Positions 52,470-64,000 of a DNA stretch of 64,000 bases are shown here, piece by piece. A program made the translations under genes and the position numbers. The stretch is from the human T2T-CHM13v2.0 reference genome, Homo sapiens: NCBI RefSeq assembly GCF_009914755.1, contig NC_060927.1; one strand, 5' to 3'. The notes below the pieces were generated by a model. It did no database searches and was not told the DNA's origin. It saw only the letters and a program-made list of their open reading frames with translations. Numbering within the stretch: position 1 is the stretch's first letter; each line of letters opens with the position of its first letter.

Positions 52470-54847
52470 GAAAAAAAAAATTATTTTTCAAAACAAATTT
52501 TAGTTGGAAGAGTGGCATTGCTTTATACTTTTGCAAATCTTTTTAATGTCTGCCTCAGCAGAAGACAGCTGGATTCTCCTAACTGCTTTTGCATTCAATC
52601 TGTTGTGATATTATAAGTCATATTGTCTCCTGAAAACTCCCTTGCACCTCCTGAAAGTATCTTGGGGACCCACAGGGGTCTTTGGACCACAGTTTGAGAA
52701 TCTATGTCCTACAGACATCATTAAGGGAAATTAAGTATTACCTTGTAAATGGCAGCTGCTTTTACCTATTATTGAGAGTTTCTTTGTCATCTTTTTTTCT
52801 GAGCTAAAAGTGAACATTTCAGTGTCTGTTCCTTCCCCCTGCTGTAGAAGGCATATTTAGTCATGTGGTAGGTGTTTATGAAAGCAGGTTTGCTTTATTT
52901 TCTGAAATGATTGTCACCTTGGCTTGAATTGTCTGCTGCTGCATCACAATAGAGTTTTACTACTGTGGAGAAACAAAAGCCAGGAGATAGTCTGAATTCA
53001 TTGGAGTAAAAGGGAACAAAAGAAGCTAGCTTCAGAGCAGGAAAATGCCTGTGATGACAAAGAAGCCTAAAAGAATGATTTGCATAAAACTGAAACACTT
53101 GAAAAGCTTCAAGATAATAAGGTTAAATACAAAAGGAGACTCAACCTCAGAGTGGCTGCTTTTGAAATAAGTTTTCTAGAGGGTTTTCAAGAACAAATAT
53201 TTCCTACTTAAGTTTTGAGGGCCCTTCAAGTTTAGGTCAGTGATATCTGGGATTCTGGGTTCTTGGCAGTGGTGAGGGGGTCTGTGTGGTCCTCTTGGAA
53301 TTGATCCTTATATAGTAAATGGGTGGCTCTGAAAATCTGAGGAGGTTTCATGCCCAAAGTCTCCTTATTCTTCTCTGTACCCCCTAAGGATTGCCATATG
53401 CTGCTAAAACTTGGCTTTTCAACCAAGAAATAAGTCAACTCTCACATTGCTAGAACGATGCTGTGGGATCCTCATATGAACCTATATATGTGAGATTTTT
53501 CTCATAAAGGCAAAATTATTTCATCCAGATCTGTTTTCTTCTTTGATACCTGCAAGTAAATAGATTGGGGGATAAAGCTGCAAATAAGCTGAGAATGTTC
53601 CACAGTAAGATTTCTCACAGTCCTGACTAGATAGAAATGAATATTAAAGTAATTCAGCACAGTACTAAAAGCTTGTACCTAATTGCCTTTTCTTTATATT
53701 TAGCTTAACTTTAAAGGAAATTTATAACTAAATTGGGCTCAGTGAATTCCCTGGTTGCCTACTTTTATTACCCATTATAACATATTTCTGTTTAATTTAC
53801 CTCTTCCAGCCGTGATACTTCAGTGAAGATATGAGTATGTATTTGGAAGATGGTGAAGTGAACTTGACTGTTTTGGGAGGCTCAACTCCAGGGCTTCTCA
53901 AAAACAACAGCAATGTCAAGGAAACAATTTTAGCCTTGTTCCAGAATATTCACATTTTGGGTTTTCTCTTCTGAATGTAGAAGGAAAAATTCCCCTATTT
54001 TTTTCACACTCATGTTCAGCTCTGTCATTTTCATTCTGGGTATACATCCCTTTCCCATTTATTACATCTGTTACTTTTATACTACACAGGAAATACATGT
54101 AAAACATCCTACCCACTCTGATAGAAACAAATGTGCATCCCTGTCATTAAAGCTACACCTGTAAGCTTTGCCCCTATCCGGGTCAAAAGGCCCTATCATG
54201 TAAGGAATCCCAGCAACTAGCAAGGAAGTGAAGACAGTCTAGGAGGGAAAGACTCCTGGTTTTCTGGAAACCTATGCAGTGGGAGCTTTAATAGTTGCCC
54301 TCAATCTCCCTGCCCTCCTTGCTTGCCCCTTTGTTCTGTTTAAGGCTAGCTGCATATTTCTTCTTGTGTTTTCACGGAGTAGTCCACCATCACACCATAT
54401 GGGCTTTTTCCTGTGGTGATTAATTAGGTTGCATGCTGAGCTCTCTGATTCTTTGGGGACTGTGTTTCCTCATGGTCTTGTCAGAACATGCAGAATAGCT
54501 GTGTGATACTTCTCACATTTGCACCCACTGCTAACAAGGTATCTGACAACTCCTCAATATCATGTTGGATGCAAGGCACAGGATGCTGCTGGGCTAGTGC
54601 TGTTTAATTTTCAGATCTCTGGTAGCTATGAGTTTGAGGAGGCTCGGGTCACATTTTCTTATTTATGTTTCATCTCTACTTTCATATGATTATAATAGTA
54701 ATATTTGAAAACTTTTTGCATAAAGGCAGAAGAGGAAAAAACCCATATTTAGTGACTAATTTTTCTACAGTATAATAATGAAAAGAAGTGAGTGCAGAAA
54801 CATTTCTAACAATTGTTATAATAATGATGGTGATAGAAATAATTGAA

Positions 54848-55511
<664 letters not shown>

Positions 55512-55719
55512 TGAATAGTAGCCTGTGTGCTTTGATGCATCCTGCTAAGACTTTACCCATCCTTACCTTTTAAAATATTGACCCTAACATGCTGAGAATA
55601 GGAACTGTTACTTTCTTCATTTTAGAGAAGAGGATTTTGAGGCCCAGGAAATAAAGTAACTGACTGTAAGTCCCTCTTATGGAGAGTTACATTTTTACAA
55701 AACTTTTCATTAAACAATT

Positions 55720-56215
55720 AAAAAAATTTAGTTTGAGTTAAAACGTTTATACACACGTGTACACACACACACAGGCACAGTAAATTGTACAAATCTGAAG
55801 TATGTGGCTCAGTGTGTTTCTATAGGTGTGTTACTGCTTTCACCTGAGTGGCTGCCTTGCAGATCAAGATGGAATACTTTCTAGCATTCCAGGCACATCT
55901 GTCATTTTTCCCAACCCCCCACCAGGTAACCACTATTGTATTTCCACTCACCATACAGATAGATTTGCCCACATAACTTAGGGAACTCTTTTGGGTCTGT
56001 CTGCTTTTGCTCAACATAATGTCTATGAAATTCACACGTGATGTTGTGCGGTACTTACTCTTTAGTTATTGATTATACAACTATACAACAGTTTGCCAGT
56101 TTTCTTCTTGTTAGACCTTTTGAGTTCTTTCTAGTTTTAGGCTTTCATGAGTAAAGCTGTAAAGAGCAATCTTGTAAATGCCTGTTGGTGCACATTTGTA
56201 TGCAGTTCCCTCTGG
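55720..56215 (-). mobile_element. Old L1ME 3' fragment
   Basis: 'cagatcaagatggaatacttt', 'ctgcttttgctcaacataatgtctatgaaattcac'. Confidence 0.7.
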
Positions 56216-57540
56216 TGCCTACCATAAGGGATAAGGTTAAATGTAATTCATACGGTGGGTGCAGAATTTGCATTTGAACCTTGATTCTCTATAGGCAGAG
56301 CCTTGGCTCGTTACCACTACCCTCTGCTGCTGCCTGTAATTTTAAAGCCTGTATTTCTCCCCAGGTAAGGAAGTTGAATCTTTTTTTTTTTTTTCCCCCT
56401 GTATGAAAGTTCAGTGGACTGGCACTTTAAGATGGTTCTTAGCAGCTTGTGTTTGCCCCACTTATATAGGTGCCACACCATTAAACTGCCTATCATTTTC
56501 CGACTGATGCCTTTCTGGAAAATAGATAAAGGACATCAGAAGAATGCATCTTATCAGTATTGATTTAGCCGAAAGGGTTGTAAAGAAATCAGTTACAGTA
56601 ATGTCAAATTTCATAAGATTGGTTTTGAGAGAGTAGCTGTGTCAACTAGGCTGACATTTTTTCTCTTTTGGCTTTATTTCGTAGTATGGGCATTAATGGT
56701 GGAGTGATCCAGATTTGGAAACCAAAAATGGTATTTCTAAGGCATTCCACAGGGCTGGGGGAGTTGATGCTGTATCTTTTCATGCTCCCTTGGTGCTAAC
56801 TGGCTGTATGGCCTTGGGAAGGCCACTTAGTTTCTCCTGCCTCGCTCATTTGTAAAGTGGGGGGCATAGGATTGTATCAGTGAAACTTCACCTTTTCTTG
56901 GTAATCTGATGGATGACCCTCTCCTTTGAAAAACAAACACAAATCTGTGTAAATTTCAAACCCATTTCATATGGGCTTGTTGATACCTGTTAGCTCGTGA
57001 TTTCTTAATTATAAAGGAAATTCCCAATTCTATTATTAATGAAAGTTCAGCTCTCTGCATTTTGGAGAAGTCTTTTATTATACCAGGTTTATTGTTCTGG
57101 ACGGCAATATATAGCATTGTAGCTAAAATGAAAATGATACTCCATGGTCTACCTGCAACAAAAGTGAGCTGGATATACTATTGATCACACTTTAAATAAC
57201 TTATCTTTGTGGACTGCCACTCTGGGCAGCCTTGTGCTGTGAGGGTAGAGAGGTAAACAAGTCATACTCCAGCTCTACCCCCATAGGATTTACAGTAGGG
57301 ATAGGATCTGATTTGGTGAATTACTATGGAGAGGAGAGGCACAAATTGGTTGTCTGCAAGGCCAGGTAGTATATAAGGAGAGGCACAAATTGGTTGTCTG
57401 GGAGGCCAAGTTCTGGAGGTAGACGGCCAGGTTTTTGTGGGCCAGTTACTAAAAACTGTACTTCAGTTTGTCCAGCTGTAAAAAGGGTATAGTAACTGTA
57501 CCTACCATTTAGGATTGTTGGAGCTTTAAATGAGTCCATG

Positions 57541-57842
57541 CAGGGTTTCTTGGCTTGGGCACTATTGGACACTTTGGGCCAGATAATTGCTGTGCATTGT
57601 AGGGTGTTAAGCATTTGTAAAATGGGGAGCATAGGATTACATCAAGGATTCTTCACCTTTTCTTGGTAATCTGTTGGATGACCCTCTTCTTTGAAAAACA
57701 AATACAAATTTGTGTCAGTTTGGCCTCTGTTCACTAGATAGCTCCAGTGTGGTAATAAAAAATGTCTCCAGGTATTGCCAGATGTCCCCTGGAGGGGCAA
57801 AATCACCCCCCACCCACCCCACCTTGACTTTGAGAGCCACTA
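57541..57842 (-). mobile_element. MER20, interrupted by a 104-bp local copy
   Basis: cagggtttct...'aaatgtctccaggtattgccagatgtcccctggaggggcaaaatc'...gagagccacta. Confidence 0.85.
57612..57715 (+). repeat. Dispersed direct copy of 56847-56950
   Basis: Ungapped alignment, 92/104 identical. Confidence 0.92.
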
Positions 57843-59723
57843 GTCTTATGTTAAATTCTCTTCTAAATGCTATGGTAAAAACACCTGGTGGCTGTTGCCT
57901 TAAAGAAAAACTCCTCTGAGAAAGCCATAATTCCCTGCCTAGTGCCCCACTGATGGAAACAAAAATAGAAAGCTAACAAAGCCCTGGTAGCAAAGGTCTG
58001 TTTGTTCCCATTCCCCTGCTTACTGAATTATTGATATACTTTCTGAGATGAACTGCATTTGTTCAGATAGGATTAATAGCCACCACCTTCCTGAAGAACA
58101 GTAGCTTCTGCCTGGCCCCCGCCCCTGGCCCTTGCAATTTGACAGTTTCTGCTACCTGCTCATTTGCAGCTCAGCTTCCCTGGCTTCCTGCAAGTAGGTC
58201 CTTGCTGAGAGCAGACCTGTTAAATCATGTTAAAGCCAGGCAGCTCCTGGGAGAACCCCAGCCTGCTAGAGGTGTGAACACAGGTGCTGGACAGTGAGCT
58301 TAGCTGCCTGGGATAAAAAAACACATGCACTGAAGAGCTTTGGGTGGCTGAGCCCCAGGTATTTGCTTATCACCTGTTAATGACCACATACCCCATAGGC
58401 ATCCACCACGAAGGGGCTCTTGGGGCACCTGAGAGTTGAAATTAAGTTAGTGAAGATGCCTGCGCTGGGTGTGAGGAACAAGTGGAAATTACAGTTCTGA
58501 AAAGGCACTTGGAAAGCAGGGAGCAGAATACCAGTATCTGATGGGTTTTGTTTGTTGGGAGAGGGAGTTGGAGGGTGGGAGAATGGGTAGATTCTGATTC
58601 TTCTTTTATTCTCCATTATTTGCTCAAGGCTGCTATTTTGTCAGGGGTTTCAGGCTTTGGATTTTGTGGACCAGTTTAAAACTGGAGGCCTGCTGTAAAG
58701 TAGCTAAATAACTTTTAAGTTTGTCCAATAGAGATGTTTAAAGAAAAAAAAAATACTATTTACTGTCGCCATCACCGCATCAAAGAAAGGATGCTTTGTC
58801 ACCAAAGGAGTAGGAGGTGTATAACTGTGCAATAAAGAAGAGTCATTGATGTTAAATGAATCAGGTGTTATGGGCCTTATTCTTGGTTATTTTACCAGGA
58901 CCCGGGAACGATGTCATCATAGGCTGGTCCATTTGTTTCACTGCACATAGTAGGGATTAAATGCTTATTACTGCTTAGATGACTGAATTAATGAACAGTG
59001 GTACCCCGTATTCATCATTCTTGGGGAGGACTGATGCTTGAGCAGAGGCCGTGAGGTGCCCTCTTCAATGGCACCCATCTTCAATTCTTCCTTTTTATCT
59101 TTTGCTTTTGACCTTTCCTGAAGTGGCTGAAGATTGTAGCAATACACAAGCATACTCCGATTTCCCCTAAGATGTTGTGCCTCCCATCTGCTTCTTGTTT
59201 CATATTGTTCTGTTTTCATGTGCCCTAAGGGACAGTTATGTTGTATAAAGAGCAAGTCCCCCAAGTGTCCTCCCCACTTCGGGTCTGCAGAAAAATGATT
59301 GATTATGAGGAATGTGATTTCAGTAATGCAGGCAGGATTAAATGCTTGCCATCTATCGACACTTTGCAGTGCCTTAAAGAGAGCTTTTAAAATTTTGGGC
59401 TATCACTAAAAAAAGAAAAACCCAGAAATACCCTGGGGGGGAAAAAAAAAAGAACCTGGGAAAATGTACAGAATACAACTGGGAGCCGTCCCATTGAGTA
59501 AGTGCCCAATGTGAGCTGCATCTGCAACTTAAAGCAACACTCTGACCTATTTCTCTTACTAATAATTGGAACATATATAGTGAGATAATATCTGTAAAGG
59601 AAGCTGTATTTTTTTTTTTATAACATGTATAAAGCTAACAGCCCAAATTCCTTGCTTTGGAGAATTGCAGAAATGACATTAACTCATTTTCTTTCTTTGA
59701 TTTTTATCTGAATGTGCAAGTAA

Positions 59724-60021
<298 letters not shown>

Positions 60022-60491
60022 AGTATTATTATTATTATTATTTTTAACTAGAAAGCAATATATGAATACATTGAAGTTTGAAAAAACTTAAAAATACATG
60101 AAACATGCTTAACCTACCCCTCCTAGTTCCAGTTTCCTCTCAGAGATAACTGCTGTGAATTTTATACATTTACTGTGCATTTACATATGGGGAAATACCT
60201 AATTTTCATGTTCCATGAATGGTATTTTCATATTATTAGCCTATTCTTTTTTCTACTTAATATCTCTTAGAAGTCTATACAGGTCATTCCATAGATAGTG
60301 TCTTTATTGTTGTTATAATAACTGCTGCATAGTTTTCCATAGTATAAATATTTCATAGTTTATGGAGTATGTAGCTGTTCATGGTTGTGTTCTATTACAA
60401 ATAATGCTGAAGTGAAAAAAGTAGCATATGCATCCTCATGCATATATGCGTTTTTACCTATGATTAAATGCACAGAAGTTTAGTTAGTATT

Positions 60492-60989
60492 TGTATTCAT
60501 CAGTGTTCTCCAGAGAAATAGAACCAACGGGATCTATATGGAGAGAAAGATTTATTATAACAAATTGGCTCATCGGATTATGGGGGGTGACAAGTTCCAA
60601 GATCTGCCTGTTGGCCAGCTGGAGACCCAGGAGAGCCAATGGTGTAGATCTAGTTCAAGGCCAGCAGGCTGAAGACCCAGGAAGAGCTGATTTTTTTTCT
60701 ATTTCAGTCCAAAGGCAAGAAACAAATGTGGCCCTAGCTTTAAGGCAGTCAGGCAGGAGGAATTACCTCTTGTTAGCAGGGAAGGTTAGACTTTGTATTC
60801 TGTTCAGGCCTTCAGCTGATTAGGTGATCCCACCCACATTAGGGAGGGCAATGTGCTTTTTACTCAGTCTATCAATTCAAATGTTAATCTCATCCAAAAC
60901 ACCCTCCAGGGCATACCCAGAATAATGAATTGACCAAATATCTGGGCACCTTGGCCCAGTCAAGTTGACACATAAACTTTACCGTCATA
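60492..60989 (-). mobile_element. MLT2 (ERVL) solo LTR
   Basis: 'gttctccagagaaatagaaccaa', 'ggcccagtcaagttgacacataa'; 5-bp TSD gtatt. Confidence 0.9.
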
Positions 60990-61021
60990 GTATTTAAGGA
61001 TATTTTTATTTTTTAATGCCT

Positions 61022-61318
61022 ATTTTATTATTATTTTTGAGACAGGGTCTCCCTTTGTTGCCTAGGCTGGAGTGCAGTGGTGTGAACATGGTTCATTGCA
61101 GCCTTGACCTCCCTGTTTCAAGCAATTCTTCTCCCTCAGCCTCCCGAGTACCTGGGACTACAGGTGCACACCACTGTGACCAGATAATTTTTGTATTTTT
61201 TGTAGAGATAGGGTTTCACCATGTTGCTCAGGCTGGTCTTGAAATCTTGAGCTGAAGGGATCCACCCACCCTGGCCTCCCAAAATGCTGGGATTACAGGC
61301 GTGAGCCACCACACCCAG
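61022..61318 (-). mobile_element. AluJ
   Basis: Antisense dimer. Confidence 0.92.
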
Positions 61319-61675
61319 TAGTTTTTTTTTTATTTTTTAGGGATATTTGCCTCCCCGGAACGCTGTGTCACTTTGTGCTGCTCCTACTAACAAAGTATGA
61401 AAGGACTGTCCTTTCTGCACATCTCAGCCAACTGGTGATCTAAGCTCATTAAAAAAATATTGAGTCACTATGTCAGGGCAACTTTGAATAGTTGGTCTTC
61501 TGTACTAGTGAAGAGGGCATGATGTTTTAGAGTCATGATGGAAGCAGTGACCTGCCTCCAGGAGTGTCTCAGGAGCATGAGGACACTGGGCACCTTTCTC
61601 ACAGCCCAACTGGGGGATCATTAGCTCACCAAAACTTCTTATATCTTCCCTAATGAACTGGGCTCTCTGCAAATC

Positions 61676-61988
61676 TTTTTTTTTTTTTTTTTTTTTTTTT
61701 TTTGAGACAGAGTCTCGCTCTCTTGCTCTGTCACCCTGACTGGAGTGCAGTGGCGCAATCTGGGCAAGCTGTGCCCCCTGGGTTCATGCCATTCTTCTGC
61801 CTCAGCCTCCTGAGTAGCTGGGACTACAGGCGCCTGCCACCACGCCCAGCTAATTTTTTTGTAATTTTTTAGTAGAGATGGGGTTTCACTGTGTTAGCCA
61901 GGATGGTCTCGATCTCCTGACCTCATGATCCGCCCGCCTCGGCCTCCCAAGGTGCTGGAATTACAGGCATGAGCCACCGCGCCTGGCT
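61676..61988 (-). mobile_element. AluY-like
   Basis: Long poly-T; 'gtgttagccaggatggtctcgatctcctgacc'; TSD tctgcaaatctt. Confidence 0.94.
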
Positions 61989-62532
61989 TTCTGCAAATCT
62001 TAAATTGAGCAATGCATAAACTTTTATTTCTGAATGGAAGATACCAGTCTGGATTCCTGAAAAATATTTTGGAAACTTATATTTCATGTGACTGTGAAGG
62101 TGGTTTAGAGCCTTTCAGGGGCGCACTTGCCCTAAACCAAAATCAAACAGGTTAATTTTTAAAATGTCACAAGGTTTGGCCGGTTTGGATTCTAAGTCTG
62201 TTGGAAGGAAGCAAACACTGGTAGTAAGATTACAGTAAAAACAATGCAGCTAGCTGCAGGTATGTTAATTTCAGCACTATGCATGTCTATGCTGGATCAT
62301 TTTGTGCTTTAATCCTTTTTGTGTTTCATCCTTCCCACAGTCCCACTGAGTCAGAGGTATTGTTGTCTCCATTTTGCAGATGAGGCCACTGAGGTAGAGC
62401 TTGCCTACTGGGGATACAGCTGATAAGAGTGTAAGCCAGCTAATGCGTGTGACATGTCAGCCTGACCCAAAACTCTTGGCCATATGTGGCTTATTGGCTT
62501 TGAATGGTTTTCATATTTTTAAACAGTTGCAT

Positions 62533-62847
62533 TTTATTTTTTATTTTATTTATTTATTTTTTTTGAAATGGGGTCTCGCTCTGTCACCCAGGCTGGAGTG
62601 CAGTGGCGCAATCTCAGTTTACTGCAACGTCCACCTCCTAGATTCAAGTGGTTCTCCTGCCTCACCCTTCCGAATAGCTGGGATTACAGGCATGCACCAC
62701 CACAGCTGGCTAATTTTTGTATTTTTAGTAGAGAGGGCGTTTTGCCATGTTGGCCAGGCTGGTCTCAAACTTATGACCTCAGGTGATCTGCCCTCCTTGG
62801 CCTCTGAAAGTGTTAGGATTACAGGTGTGAGCCACCGTTCCCCGCCT
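62533..62847 (-). mobile_element. AluS inserted in a MER58B-like element
   Basis: TSD taaacagttgcatttta/taaatggttgcatttta. Confidence 0.93.
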
Positions 62848-63070
62848 TAAATGGTTGCATTTTAAATGGTTCCATAAATACCTACCTAATCTTGACTTTA
62901 CTTCTTGCCTAAGATACTTACTATCTAGCCGTGTATGGAAAAATTTTGCAATGCCTCCTCTTGACTATTACTCCTTCATTTCCCAAGACTGAAAAGAAGC
63001 CTTTTCACTGTGCAAATTAACCACTGTGCCAGTGGTTCTCAAATTTCACTGTGCAAGAGAACCACTGTGC

Positions 63071-63232
63071 CAGTGGTTCTCAAATTTTAGTAGGGCCCTG
63101 AATCACCTGGACGGCTTGATGCAACATAGATTGCTGGGCCTTATTCCCAAGGTCTGGGTTGGAGCCTGAGAATTGGCATTTCTAGGTGCTGCTGATGCTG
63201 CTGTTCCTGGGACCACACTAGAAGTAACATTG
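63071..63232. mobile_element. MER5A (hAT-Charlie MITE)
   Basis: cagtggttctcaaa...'gaatcacctgg', 'agattgctgggcc', 'gctgatgctgctg...gggaccacact'. Confidence 0.85.
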
Positions 63233-63539
63233 AGCTAGAAGGGTGAACCAGTACTTCCGGGTGTTTGCCAAGTTACTGTGAGAGTGTCTCACTCCAGTTA
63301 TTGGTAGTAGTAGCATCCCCTTTGAGTTTGAGCCATAGGTTTGTTGCCTGACAAAATCATGCACTAAGCACGGAAAACTTTTGTTTTGATGATGAAGAAA
63401 TTTAAAGTATGATGGAAGTGGCTGTCTGAAAATGGAAACAGCTAGTATGAAAGAACTTCAGCTTTTTCTGCTTACATGTTTTAATCTTAAATGTGGTTAG
63501 ATCTATATTTAAATCTCTTCCTTATTTAAATGATGATAA

Positions 63540-63730
63540 TTAGCATCAATTATTGATATTTCACTATGTGCCAGGCTTTGTGCTAGACCCCTTTCCATGT
63601 CGAATCCCATGTAGTGCGTACAATAGTTCTATGAGGTTAGATAATAGTAGCCCCATTTTAAAAGTAAGTAAACGAAGGCTTAGATATAAGAGGAAACTTC
63701 TCTTAGTCTCTTGACTAGTAAGTGGCCCCA
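63540..63730 (-). mobile_element. MIR
   Basis: 'actatgtgccaggctttgtgctag...ccccattttaaaag'. Confidence 0.7.
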
Positions 63731-63738
63731 GATCATTC

Positions 63739-63964
63739 CAAGCTTGTCCAACCCGTGGCCCAGGGCAGCATGTACCCCAGGATGGCTTTGAATGAGGCCC
63801 AACACAAATTCGTAAACTTTCTTAAAACATTATGAGTTTTTTTGCATTTTTTTTTTTAAAGCTCATTAGCTATTGTTAGTGTTAGTGTATTTTATGTGTG
63901 GCCCAAGACACAGTCCTTCTTTTTCCAGTGTGGCCGAGGGAAGCTAAAAGATTGGATACCTCTG
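63739..63964. mobile_element. MER30
   Basis: 'ggatggctttgaatgaggcccaacacaaattcgtaaactttcttaaaacattatgag', end 'aaaagattggatacctctg'. Confidence 0.88.
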
Positions 63965-64000
63965 ATTTAGACCCTTGTTCATATAGTTTTCTCTTTACTT

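Larger units (their letters stand above)
51820..52706. mobile_element. hAT-Charlie-type DNA transposon fossil, interrupted by L1 and 5S fragments
   Basis: cagtggttctg start; 'ggaccacagtttgagaatc' end. Confidence 0.65.

Noticed and set aside
53785-53860. Acceptor-like site (ttacctcttccag) followed by weak donor-like motifs
   Set aside because: Weak donors and no coding signal; such motifs are expected by chance in 64 kb

Overview
This is primate (almost certainly hominoid/human) non-coding genomic DNA, most likely the interior of a very large intron or an intergenic stretch. I found no credible protein-coding exon; the ORF track is explained by Alu, SVA, L1 and LTR sequence or by chance. The window holds about 30 Alu copies or monomers, a near full-length SVA (minus strand, 24304-26036) and a HERV-H solo LTR7 with a 5-bp TSD. 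It also has MER34/MER39-type, MST, MLT1 and MLT2 LTRs, L1 3' ends, MIR and L2 relics, and hAT MITEs (MER20, MER1A, MER58, MER5A, MER30). The most unusual signals are: (1) two short segments that appear copied from 0.8-1.4 kb upstream and pasted inside other repeats, with no retrotransposition hallmarks; (2) a 40-nt tailless 5S rRNA retro-fragment with an 18-bp TSD at the end of an L1 tail; (3) a ~124-bp hairpin-forming palindrome in otherwise unique DNA; (4) a 21-nt micro-insertion with a 13-bp TSD; (5) a tandem, palindromic duplication of a MER5A terminal repeat. Repeat family names come from recalled consensus sequences, and boundaries are approximate except where a TSD is quoted. I cannot name the host gene, and I see no strong evidence for a wholly new biological system.
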